Shown here: positions 38,779-47,902 of the stretch, piece after piece
How the letters are laid out: each line of letters starts with the position of its first letter
Numbering within the stretch: position 1 is the stretch's first letter
DNA from: an uncultured archaeon
GTDB lineage: Archaea; Thermoproteota; Nitrososphaeria_A; Caldarchaeales; Calditenuaceae
Direction: 5' to 3'
Assembly (NCBI GenBank): GCA_937921685.1
Contig: CAKZUF010000002.1
Coordinates: 19,236 to 83,235 of the forward strand
DNA length: 64,000 bases
Program-made: the position numbers and the translations under genes
The notes under the pieces: model-generated
Database searches by the model: none
Told to the model about the DNA's origin: nothing
Seen by the model: the letters and a program-made list of their open reading frames with translations, nothing else

Positions 38779-38916
38779 CCGGTCTCATAAACCCGATTTT
38801 TATTTCCGAGGAAACACTCAGTTTTTGAAAGCGATTATGGACACTTATACCCGTGTTTTGATTTTGGGTTTTCCTATGGAGGAGACGAGGTAGTCATCAA
38901 TGTGCCGTTGTGAAAC

Positions 38917-38925
38917 TTTTTATTT
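38917..38925 (+). promoter_or_regulatory. Candidate TATA box for the aldehyde dehydrogenase gene
   Basis: TTTTTATTT is centred ~29 nt upstream of the ATG at 38950. Confidence 0.35.
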
Positions 38926-38949
38926 GGTAATCCCCCATATTCTACATGC

Positions 38950-40455
38950 ATGCCTGATACACCTGTGATCGTTAATCTTTTCGTTAACGGGGAAGAGGTG
39001 AAGCCGTCTTCGGGTAAATACAGTGAGCGATTTGACCCGGGAAATAATGATAGGTTGATAGGTGTTATTGCAGACGGGTCGGAGGATGTAGGCGCCGCGG
39101 TCGACGCAGCTAGGGATGCCTTTGATAGTAATGTCGGTGGATGGGTGACAGATTATAGGCTTAGAGCGCGTGTTTTACTAAAGACTGCAGAGCTGATCCG
39201 AGAAAACGCCGAGGCACTGGCGGAAATGGAGAGCCTCTTTTCAGGAAAGACGATAAGGACCAGCAAGCTTGGAGATGTGCCTAGAGCCGCTGAGCTTTTC
39301 GAGTTTTATGCGGGGGCAGCTGATAAAATCATTGGGACGAGCCAAGTCTTGCGGACAGGCGATCTTGTGGCTATTGTGAAGCAGCCTGTGGGGGTGGTTG
39401 CGGCCATAACCCCGTGGAATTTTCCCCTAGTGATACTGTGTAGGCAGGTTGCACCCGCCCTCGCTGCGGGCTGCACAGTCGTGGCGAAGCCCGCCTCCCA
39501 TACACCAGCCACAGCCGTTGAGCTCGCCAAAATACTCATCAGGGCGGGAGCTCCAAGAGGCGTATTCAACGTTGTGACTGGCAGTGGCGGAACTGTAGGC
39601 CGCGAACTCGTGAAAAGCGACAAGGTAGACGTTCTCAACTTCACAGGCGAGACCTCAACAGGCAAGTGGATCATGGAGAATGCAGCTGGCACACTTAAGA
39701 GGGTTGTCCTTGAACTTGGGGGTAAGAACCCCAACATCGTTTTTGAAGACGCAAACCTCGAGAGGGCTGCCAACGCGGTTACCTATGGAGCATACGCAAA
39801 CAACGGAGAATCCTGTGCAGCTGGCTCACGTCTACTAGTCCAATCAACAGTCAAAGATAAGTTCGTCAAGATGCTTATTGAGCGTGTCAGAATGCTACGC
39901 GTCGGCCACCAGCTGGATGAGAGCAGCGACTTGGGTCCATTAGTCAGCGCGGAGCAGCTTGAGAGGGTGTTGGAATTTGTTAGAGTCTCGGCATCTGAGG
40001 GCTTGGACATAGTTTATGGTGGAAAAAGATTATCCGGCGACATTTTCTCAAAGGGCCACTATATGCAGCCCACAGTCATTGATAACACGCCGCCAAGTAG
40101 CAAGCTTTTCAGAGAAGAAATATTCGGGCCCGTACTAACCGTAACAGAGTTTACGGATGAAGATGAAGCCATCAGTCTGGCTAACGCAACTATTTACGGT
40201 TTAGCAGCTGGCGTATGGAGCGGCGACACCGGCAGGGCGCTACGCGTCGCGGAGAAAGTGAAAGCCGGCGCAATATGGATAAACACGTACTACACGCTGC
40301 CTGTAGAATTGCCTTGGGGAGGCTTCAAGCAGTCAGGCATAGGCAGAAACAACACAGTCCTAGCGTTAGAACATTATCTAGAAGTGAAGGGAATATATGT
40401 GGATGCGCAACCCGGCCCAATGAGACCATACTACAAGCTCGTGTTGGGTTATTGA
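38950..40455 (+). CDS. NAD(P)-dependent aldehyde dehydrogenase
   Basis: ITPWNFPL, catalytic Glu LELGGKNP, catalytic Cys NNGESCAAGSRLLV, EEIFGPV. Confidence 0.9.
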   Translation: MPDTPVIVNLFVNGEEVKPSSGKYSERFDPGNNDRLIGVIADGSEDVGAAVDAARDAFDSNVGGWVTDYRLRARVLLKTAELIRENAEALAEMESLFSGKTIRTSKLGDVPRAAELFEFYAGAADKIIGTSQVLRTGDLVAIVKQPVGVVAAITPWNFPLVILCRQVAPALAAGCTVVAKPASHTPATAVELAKILIRAGAPRGVFNVVTGSGGTVGRELVKSDKVDVLNFTGETSTGKWIMENAAGTLKRVVLELGGKNPNIVFEDANLERAANAVTYGAYANNGESCAAGSRLLVQSTVKDKFVKMLIERVRMLRVGHQLDESSDLGPLVSAEQLERVLEFVRVSASEGLDIVYGGKRLSGDIFSKGHYMQPTVIDNTPPSSKLFREEIFGPVLTVTEFTDEDEAISLANATIYGLAAGVWSGDTGRALRVAEKVKAGAIWINTYYTLPVELPWGGFKQSGIGRNNTVLALEHYLEVKGIYVDAQPGPMRPYYKLVLGY

Positions 40456-40529
40456 TGCTAATTGGAAGAATGCAACCACCGTAATAATAACATTTGGCAA
40501 TAAAATGCGAAACTTTTAAGCGGGTAAGA

Positions 40530-40809
40530 ATGTCGAGTGAACATGTCAGTCTTATGAGAGATCGTCCTTATTCGTGGACAGATTCAGAAGTTTTTGATAA
40601 CGAATATGGTTCGTAGGATTGAACCTGTGGTTATCTATCACGCTAGTAGGGCTGTGGTCAGACTTGATAGTAAGGAGTATGTCGACTGTTTCTCCATAAC
40701 GTCTGTGGCAAAACTTAGCTCACTACCACCCGGAGGCGCTGTCGCCGCTCTCTCCGAGACTAGGAGGCTAGTGCACACAGGCTTGTATGCATATTCCGGT
40801 AGTTGCTGA
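40530..40809 (+). pseudogene. Possible decayed 5' fragment of a class-III aminotransferase
   Basis: Two short frames. MSSEHVSLMRDRPYSW... is followed by VVIYHASRAVVRLDSKEYVDCFSITSVAKLSS, which loosely follows the aminotransferase N-terminal pattern (G.xL.D.dG.eYlD..sG). Only ~90 of ~430 expected codons are present. Weak. Confidence 0.2.
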
Positions 40810-40872
40810 ACTGGTTAACAAGCTGGCTGAGGTTCCTCGAAGATCTCTAAGAGAGACGTTTTCAGTTAACAG

Positions 40873-42300
40873 CTAACCCGGAATTAACTTATACTGTCTT
40901 AACATTGAATATAGAGAGTAAATGTATCCGACTGCTACTGATGTTGATAGAAGTATTAAGGATGGTTCGACTATTGTGGCTAGGGTAACATCGTTATAGG
41001 GATTTGGAATGTATGGGGCGGGGTTGGAGGGTATCATGTAGAAGTTAATCGCGGTTGATGCGGCTATGGTTGAGAGCATAGTTGTCAGCGTTACAAAGCT
41101 GCCCAGCTTTCCACCGGCTAGGACGTCCACATATATTATGAATAATGTTGCGGCATATAGTAGAAGCAGGACATGCCAGTGTCCTATGTTGTATGCGACT
41201 TCTGCCCAATCCCAGATGGGATTCCTGAACTCGGGCTGGAGTATGATGGGTTTACGTAGGCTGATTGCCACCAAGGCCCCCGGGATCGCCACGCTCGGCC
41301 ACACCCAAACCACAAGCAAATATATGGAGAAGTGTTTCATCACATTTATGAGCTGGCTCCAGCCCTTTACCCCCGCAAGCGCCTTCTTCAACTCTAATCC
41401 GGCTAAGAAGGCCGTGAAGAAGATTAAACCTATGGCGGCTGGTGTGATTGCTAGGTGAGCGATCTTGCCGTACGGCCACACAGCCCAACAGGCAGAAACC
41501 ATGACAAACTGTCCCACCAGCCCTCCCGCTAGCAACGCTTTAGACAATTTTTCCTCGGACTCGATTCTCAGGTATTTAAAAGCGGTGAATACTATGGCGG
41601 CGCCTAAAGCTGCGACCATAGCGTGTTGGTGGGCTGTCATAGCCCTCCAGACGAAGACCTCCTCACCAAGGTCAGGGTCGATTCTCGCAAGCATTTTAGT
41701 CGCCCGGAGCACTTCACCTATCCCAGCCATCTCGTTGGCTCCTATCCACGCCCCTATTATCGAGGTAGCAAGCAGGAGTAGAGCAGATACGAAAACGTTA
41801 AGGGCCAGCCAGTCAATCTGGCCTTTCTCACTTCTAAGCTTGACACCGAATGAAAACAGTAGACCTGCTGTGAAGAGAAAAGCCAGCCCCGCTATGAAGA
41901 CCCCATGAAGAAATGCGTCTTTTAATAGATATCCGTATACTATCCCTCCTGTAATAACCATCAGGTATCCTGCCGTGCCTATAATGTATATCGGACCGAC
42001 GTAGCCATTCCTAAAAGAGAAGACGCCAGTGGCCAGATACAGCGTCATGGCGACAAGCACCGCAAAGACGGAGTGATAGAGGAATGTTAATCTGGCCAAG
42101 TAGTTTCGGCAAAGCTGGGGATCAGCGTTGCAGATCTCGGCGACGACCTGACCGTCAACTATGCTCATCCTAATGTCATCAGGCTTCACTATCCCTAGCG
42201 ACCTAGCTAGGGTTTCCATTGGGGGTGATAGCAAAACTCCCCACCCCGCTAGGAAGACACCTACTGTCAGAGCAAGCATCATCAGCCCCTTCTGGGCCAT
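40873..42300 (-). CDS. Polytopic His-rich membrane protein, unknown family
   Basis: 475 aa, about 12-14 hydrophobic helices. Intramembrane His residues include paired HQH (TAHQHAMV) and HWH (IGHWHVLL). Confidence 0.55.
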   Translation of the reverse strand: MAQKGLMMLALTVGVFLAGWGVLLSPPMETLARSLGIVKPDDIRMSIVDGQVVAEICNADPQLCRNYLARLTFLYHSVFAVLVAMTLYLATGVFSFRNGYVGPIYIIGTAGYLMVITGGIVYGYLLKDAFLHGVFIAGLAFLFTAGLLFSFGVKLRSEKGQIDWLALNVFVSALLLLATSIIGAWIGANEMAGIGEVLRATKMLARIDPDLGEEVFVWRAMTAHQHAMVAALGAAIVFTAFKYLRIESEEKLSKALLAGGLVGQFVMVSACWAVWPYGKIAHLAITPAAIGLIFFTAFLAGLELKKALAGVKGWSQLINVMKHFSIYLLVVWVWPSVAIPGALVAISLRKPIILQPEFRNPIWDWAEVAYNIGHWHVLLLLYAATLFIIYVDVLAGGKLGSFVTLTTMLSTIAASTAINFYMIPSNPAPYIPNPYNDVTLATIVEPSLILLSTSVAVGYIYSLYSMLRQYKLIPG

Positions 42301-42304
42301 GTAT

Positions 42305-42925
42305 CTACTCCCCCATCCACTTCCTACATCGCATCAGACCAATCGTGATGAGCAGGGCACTAAGGAATATTATGGGCGTGGCTATCAATAATACCAATTC
42401 AGCAGGTATGAGCGGACTTCCAGCCGCCAAACTGGCTAAGGCGGCACCAGCAATACTGATTAGAAGACCGCCGATGGAAGTTAATGCCAGAACGTGTAGC
42501 CCCCTAAGGGCAAAGATCACCGGAACAAATATTATTATCAAGCCGCTAGGAACGTGAACAGCTAGCAAGGACGCTAAAGCTAAACCCGCTCCAAACATTT
42601 TCGACACAACGTAGACAATAGACATTACAACTACATAGATTCCATAATATGCGCCGTAAGCCTTCTTCAGCGAGGCCGATAACACGCCAGCCGCAAACAT
42701 TCCCGGCACAAACAATCCAGCTGTAGACGTATAGGGTAGGGCCAGCCCCTCAAACCCATAAACCAACAACACCACACCCACAACAAGCAGTCCAATCCCC
42801 GCAACAATCCACAAAACAATTTGAAGAGCCCTCGTCCTAGCAAGTACTCTCAACATATTCACGATAAAGAACAATGTCCAAGCAGTGGTCAAAGAGAGGA
42901 AAACAATATCATGAAGAGCAGCCAT
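42305..42925 (-). CDS. Six-TM membrane protein, unknown family
   Basis: 206 aa, almost entirely hydrophobic. Lies 4 nt upstream of the 475-aa membrane gene, so it is a likely operon partner. Confidence 0.5.
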   Translation of the reverse strand: MAALHDIVFLSLTTAWTLFFIVNMLRVLARTRALQIVLWIVAGIGLLVVGVVLLVYGFEGLALPYTSTAGLFVPGMFAAGVLSASLKKAYGAYYGIYVVVMSIVYVVSKMFGAGLALASLLAVHVPSGLIIIFVPVIFALRGLHVLALTSIGGLLISIAGAALASLAAGSPLIPAELVLLIATPIIFLSALLITIGLMRCRKWMGE

Positions 42926-43231
42926 ACCATATTTAACGAAAAGCCAAGATACATTTTAGTTATTTTCTCTAAATGCATAAATTTGAATGTATACATTTGA
43001 AGACACAGCTATATACAGGCAATGGTTTTTTGCGGCATGGCTACTGAAGGTTCTGATAACAAGTGGTCAATCCATAGTTTGTTAGAATAATGAAGGGGTC
43101 TACCTGACTATATCGAAGGATTTATGATGTATTCATGTATAAACGATGCTTCAATCTACCCTTCAAAACTGCTTTGGGACCCTGTGCCTAATCGGCCCTT
43201 TAGAGGGAGTTAATGTCATTTCAACGCAATC

Positions 43232-43240
43232 TTTATATGA
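43232..43240 (+). promoter_or_regulatory. Candidate TATA box for the molybdoenzyme operon
   Basis: TTTATATGA is centred ~35 nt upstream of the ATG at 43271, in a 345-bp AT-rich divergent intergenic region. Confidence 0.35.
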
Positions 43241-43270
43241 TAATACTGAAGGCTACTACATAATGCAGAT

Positions 43271-46200
43271 ATGAAGATATCGAGAAGAGATTTTATCAAG
43301 CTGGCTCAGTCGTCGGTACTTGCATCCTTCATTGCTTCGATGCTTCCCGAGGATGGCTTAAGCTTTCAGTACATAGGACCTATAGACCCTACGATAAACC
43401 CCTTAAAAGAGTATCCCTCGAGGGGGTGGGAGCGCGTATATAGGGATCTATACACACCCGATGAGACCTTCCACTATCTATGCGCGCCTAACGACACTCA
43501 TGGATGCCTACTCAGGGCCAGTGTCAAGAATGGTGTGGTGCTTTACGTAGACCCCTCCTTCGGATACGGTAAGGCCACTGACCTCTACGGTAATAGGGCA
43601 TCGGCGAGGTGGGACCCTAGAGCGTGTATTAGTGGACTCGCCTACGTGAGGCGCTTCTACTCGGAGAGGAGGATAAAGGGCGCTTTCGTGAGAAAGGGCT
43701 TCAAGCAATGGGTTGACGCAGGTTTTCCCAGGGATCCTGAAACAGGGAGGCCGCCAGCAGAGTATATGCAGGGTCGGGGGAAGGAGGAATTCATTAAAGT
43801 TAGCTATGAAGAGGCTTTCGAGATAGCCGCTAAGGCAATCGTGAACATAGTTTCCACCTACAGCGGGGAAGAGGGCAAACGGAAACTTCTCAAACAAGGG
43901 TATGACCCGGCCATGGTTGAGGCTACAGAAGGGGCTGGAACACGCGTCCTCAAGTTCAGGGGCGGTATGCCCTTCATCTCGCCAATTCGAACAGGAGGGT
44001 TCTACAGATTCGCAAACATGATGGCCCTGCTTGACTCAATAGTTAGAGGTGTCGGACCGGATGAGGCTAAAGGGGGGCGAGGTTGGGATAACTATGCTTG
44101 GCACACGGATCTTCCCCCCGGCCACCCGATGGTATCCGGCGTAAAGACCATCGATTTCGACCTCTACACCACCGAAAACGCTAAGCTGATCATTCTCTGG
44201 GGAATGAACTGGATAGCTACAAAGATGCCCGATGGACACTGGCTGACCGAGGCAAAGTTGAGGGGGGCTAAAGTAGTTACGATAGCTCCGGAGTATCAAT
44301 CTTCCAGCTCGAAAGCAGATTGGGTGATAGTAATTAGGGCTGGGACGGACCATGCATTGGCACTTGGGTTAGCACATGTCATAATCAGAGATAGGCTCTT
44401 CGACGAGAAATTCGTCAAATCCTTCACCGACCTGCCCCTATTGGTTAGGATGGACACCCTCAAACTCCTAAGAGCTCGCGACATTATGCCTGGATGGAAG
44501 CCGGCCGAGTTAAGAAACTATGTCAAAATTCTATCAGAAGGCGAGCCTACACCAAGTTATCCCCAGCAATCTACGCAGTTGCTTCCAGAAAAGCTGAGGG
44601 AAGAAATCGGCGACTTTGTAGTATGGGATCAAGCTTCTCGTAGCTTTAAGATCGTTGCCAGAGACAATGTAGGCGAACACTTTGGGGTGTTAGGTATAGA
44701 TCCAGCGCTTGAGGGAGAGTTCGAGGTAGAAACTATTGATGGGGGTAAGGTGAAGGTTAGACCTGTCTTTGACCTCTTGAAACAATATCTAGAAGAGAAT
44801 TTTGACCCTATTACAGTTTCTGAGATAACTTGGGCGCCCCAAGAGGCGGTAGAGGAGCTGGCTAGGCTTATTGCAAGTAACAAGTCTAAGACGCTTTTCG
44901 TCGAGGGGATGGGGCCTAACCACTTCTATCACAGCGACCTCAAAGATAGAGGAATACTTTTAGTAGCGAGTCTGACAGACAACATAGGCCACTTTGGCGG
45001 AACGGTAGGAAGCTACGCCGGCAACTATAGATTGGAGTTGCTGAACGGCATTACTCAGTGGATCTTTGAAGATCCGTTCAACATAGAGCTGGACCCTGGG
45101 AAGCCTGCGAGAGTCAAATCCTATGTTAAACCGGAGTCAGCCCACTACTATGCCTATGATGATAGGCCGCTAAGGATTGGGGACAAACTTTTCACGGGCA
45201 AGACACACATGCCGACTCCTACAAAGGCTACTTTCTGGGCTAACACCAACTCTATACTCGGTAATAGTAAATGGGCCCACAACATAATGGTTAACACGCT
45301 TCCGAAGATTGAGTTGATAGTGGTTAACGATTGGCTGTGGACTGCAACCTGCGAGTATGCAGACATAGTTTTCGGCGTCGACAGCTGGGTTGAAAGGAAG
45401 AAGCCGGACATTTACGCCTCTGTGACGAATCCATTCTTACAAGCTTGGCCGCGCACACCCCTACCCCGCATCTTCAACACTATTGATGACGTGGAGGTCC
45501 TAGCCGGTATTGCGTCTAAGCTCTCCGAAATAACAGGCGATAATAGGTTCAGAGATTACTGGCACTTCGTTTTAGAGGATGAGATGGAGGTTGTTTTGAA
45601 CAGAGTCTTTGAGGCTGGAAACTGTACAAGGGGCTATTCCTTCCAAGCCCTTGAGGAAAGCTGCAAGAAAGGAGTTCCCTTCCTCATGCTTACCAGAACA
45701 AGCCCCCGCATAACAGGATGGGAACAAACGAACGAGAGCAAGCCATGGTATACGAAGACGGGGAGACTCGAGTTCTACAGGGAGGAGGATGAGTTCGTAG
45801 AGCATGGGGAAAACCTCCCCGTATATCGCGAGCCTGTCGACGGCACTTTCTATGAGCCTAACGTGATTGTCGCTAAGCCACATCCAGCAATAAGACCTAA
45901 GCAACCGGCTGACTACGGGATAGAGGCTACAGATCTGTCCACCGAGGTTAGACAGGTCAGAAACGTTGTTAGAGCGTGGGAGGAGTTAAAAATGGCTGCC
46001 CACCCACTGACCGAGAAGGGATATACTCATGTCTTAGTGACTCCGAAGTATAGGCACGCATGCCACACAATGGGGGCCAGCACAGACTTGGAGGTGACGT
46101 TCTTCGGTCCCTTCGGCGATTTTTACAGGCACGACATAAGAAAACCGTGGGTTGGGGAGGGATACATTGACATCAATCCGTTAGACGCAAAACTCCTCGG

Positions 46201-46744
46201 AATAGAGGATGGAGACTATGTCTGGTGTGATGCAGACCCGTCCGATAGGCCATTCACGGGATGGTCTAACAAACCCGGAGACTACAAGGTTTTCAGATGG
46301 CTTGTCAGGGCCAGGCACTACCCCAACATAGCCCCCGGAATAGCCCGGGCCTGGTTCCACTTTTACGTCTCAACCCACGGCTCTGTAGAGGGTCATGAAA
46401 AAAGGCCCGACAGGCTCGCAAGAAATCCTAGGACAGGGTATCAGGCAGCCTACAGATATGGCAGCCACCAGTCAGTCACGAGGACATGGTTGAAACCAAC
46501 ACTTCAAACCGACTCACTATTCAGGAAGGAATACTATGGACATCTTATAGGCAAGGGCTTCGCACTGGACGTACACCAAGTGGTAGGCGCCCCCAAGGAA
46601 GCCTTTGTCAAGATTACTAAGGCCGAGCCGGGGGGCGAGGATGGTAAAGGGCTCTGGAGCCCAGCGGCGTCAGGCTTTAGACCATTGTATTCTTCAGCCG
46701 CCATGAAGAAGTATCTGTCCGGCTCGTTTGTGGAGGTGGAATAG
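43271..46744 (+). CDS. Type II DMSO-reductase-family molybdopterin oxidoreductase, catalytic alpha subunit (NarG/NxrA/EbdA-like), Tat-exported
   Basis: Twin-arginine signal SRRDFIKLAQSSVLASF. The N-terminal FS0 region aligns to NarG (..VKNG) but reads C-x3-D-x3-C...C. WDNYAWHTDLPPGHP corresponds to NarG FYDWYCDLPP. 1157 aa. Confidence 0.85.
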   Translation: MKISRRDFIKLAQSSVLASFIASMLPEDGLSFQYIGPIDPTINPLKEYPSRGWERVYRDLYTPDETFHYLCAPNDTHGCLLRASVKNGVVLYVDPSFGYGKATDLYGNRASARWDPRACISGLAYVRRFYSERRIKGAFVRKGFKQWVDAGFPRDPETGRPPAEYMQGRGKEEFIKVSYEEAFEIAAKAIVNIVSTYSGEEGKRKLLKQGYDPAMVEATEGAGTRVLKFRGGMPFISPIRTGGFYRFANMMALLDSIVRGVGPDEAKGGRGWDNYAWHTDLPPGHPMVSGVKTIDFDLYTTENAKLIILWGMNWIATKMPDGHWLTEAKLRGAKVVTIAPEYQSSSSKADWVIVIRAGTDHALALGLAHVIIRDRLFDEKFVKSFTDLPLLVRMDTLKLLRARDIMPGWKPAELRNYVKILSEGEPTPSYPQQSTQLLPEKLREEIGDFVVWDQASRSFKIVARDNVGEHFGVLGIDPALEGEFEVETIDGGKVKVRPVFDLLKQYLEENFDPITVSEITWAPQEAVEELARLIASNKSKTLFVEGMGPNHFYHSDLKDRGILLVASLTDNIGHFGGTVGSYAGNYRLELLNGITQWIFEDPFNIELDPGKPARVKSYVKPESAHYYAYDDRPLRIGDKLFTGKTHMPTPTKATFWANTNSILGNSKWAHNIMVNTLPKIELIVVNDWLWTATCEYADIVFGVDSWVERKKPDIYASVTNPFLQAWPRTPLPRIFNTIDDVEVLAGIASKLSEITGDNRFRDYWHFVLEDEMEVVLNRVFEAGNCTRGYSFQALEESCKKGVPFLMLTRTSPRITGWEQTNESKPWYTKTGRLEFYREEDEFVEHGENLPVYREPVDGTFYEPNVIVAKPHPAIRPKQPADYGIEATDLSTEVRQVRNVVRAWEELKMAAHPLTEKGYTHVLVTPKYRHACHTMGASTDLEVTFFGPFGDFYRHDIRKPWVGEGYIDINPLDAKLLGIEDGDYVWCDADPSDRPFTGWSNKPGDYKVFRWLVRARHYPNIAPGIARAWFHFYVSTHGSVEGHEKRPDRLARNPRTGYQAAYRYGSHQSVTRTWLKPTLQTDSLFRKEYYGHLIGKGFALDVHQVVGAPKEAFVKITKAEPGGEDGKGLWSPAASGFRPLYSSAAMKKYLSGSFVEVE

Positions 46745-46746
46745 GG

Positions 46747-47901
46747 ATGCCGAAGGTCTATAACTGGCAGATCGGGCGTGAGATGGAGTACTGGTATGAG
46801 GCTGCCCGCCCCAAGAGACAGGCCGGCGCTGTTTTCGACACAAACAAATGTATCGCCTGCCAGACCTGCACGGTCGCCTGCAAAACTACGTGGACTTCGG
46901 GGAAAGGACAGGAGTACATGTACTGGAACAATGTCGAGACGAAGCCTTGGGGGTCTTACCCGCTGGCATGGGATGTGAAAATACTCGACATGCTAGGCCC
47001 ACAGCGATGGGTGAAGGAGGGTGATAAGTACGTCTACAGGGGTCTGACGCTGTTTGAAGCAGCACCCCCAAGCGAGAGAGTTCTCGGTTACCTGCCCAAC
47101 GACCTCGACTATGCCTATCCCAACCGGGGTGAGGATGAAACAAACGAGCCATTAAACTTTGATAGGTTTTATCTAAGGGTCCCGCATGATATATGGTTCT
47201 TCTATCTACCGCGGATCTGCAACCACTGTACCTACCCTGCATGCCTAGCGGCCTGTCCCAGGTTTGCCATCTACAAGAGGCCTGAAGACGGCATAGTTTT
47301 GGTGGACCAGCTCCGCTGTAGGGGCTACAGAGAGTGCGTCAAAGCCTGCCCCTATAAGAAGGTCTTCTACAACCACGTCACTCGAGTCTCAGAGAAATGT
47401 ATTCTATGCTACCCTGCTGTCGAGAAAGGTCTATGGCCTCGCTGTATGAGAACATGCATAGGCAAGATTAGGATGTTCGGATACATAAACCCTCCTGAGA
47501 ACGCAGACCCCGAAAACCCGCTCGATTTCCTAATACACGTCAAGAAAGTTGCCCTCCCCCTGCTTCCACAACTAGGCCTTGAGCCAAACGTGTACTATGT
47601 GCCACCAATCCATGTACGCAATATCGACTTCTTAAGAATGTTGTTCGGACCGGGCGTCGAACATGCGATCCAAACATATAGAAAAGCAATGAGTGGTCGT
47701 GACATCGAGCTTGTTGCGGCACTAGTTCTGAACGTTTCGACGGACAGAATAATGACAAAGTTTAAGGTGGTAGGGAATTCTGAAGTGGCTGGTTATGACG
47801 AGAACGGCCATGAAGTGGTGCGTGTGCCTCTAAAGGAGCCCACTATTGTTAGACCCTTCTTTGACGAACGGCTCCAGACATATAGACACAATATAACATG
47901 A
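46747..47901 (+). CDS. Molybdoenzyme beta subunit, four-cluster Fe-S protein (NarH-like)
   Basis: CIACQTCTVACK, CNHCTYPACLAACP, CRGYRECVKACPYKK, CILCYPAVEKGLWPRC. Confidence 0.85.
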   Translation: MPKVYNWQIGREMEYWYEAARPKRQAGAVFDTNKCIACQTCTVACKTTWTSGKGQEYMYWNNVETKPWGSYPLAWDVKILDMLGPQRWVKEGDKYVYRGLTLFEAAPPSERVLGYLPNDLDYAYPNRGEDETNEPLNFDRFYLRVPHDIWFFYLPRICNHCTYPACLAACPRFAIYKRPEDGIVLVDQLRCRGYRECVKACPYKKVFYNHVTRVSEKCILCYPAVEKGLWPRCMRTCIGKIRMFGYINPPENADPENPLDFLIHVKKVALPLLPQLGLEPNVYYVPPIHVRNIDFLRMLFGPGVEHAIQTYRKAMSGRDIELVAALVLNVSTDRIMTKFKVVGNSEVAGYDENGHEVVRVPLKEPTIVRPFFDERLQTYRHNIT

Positions 47902-47902
47902 G

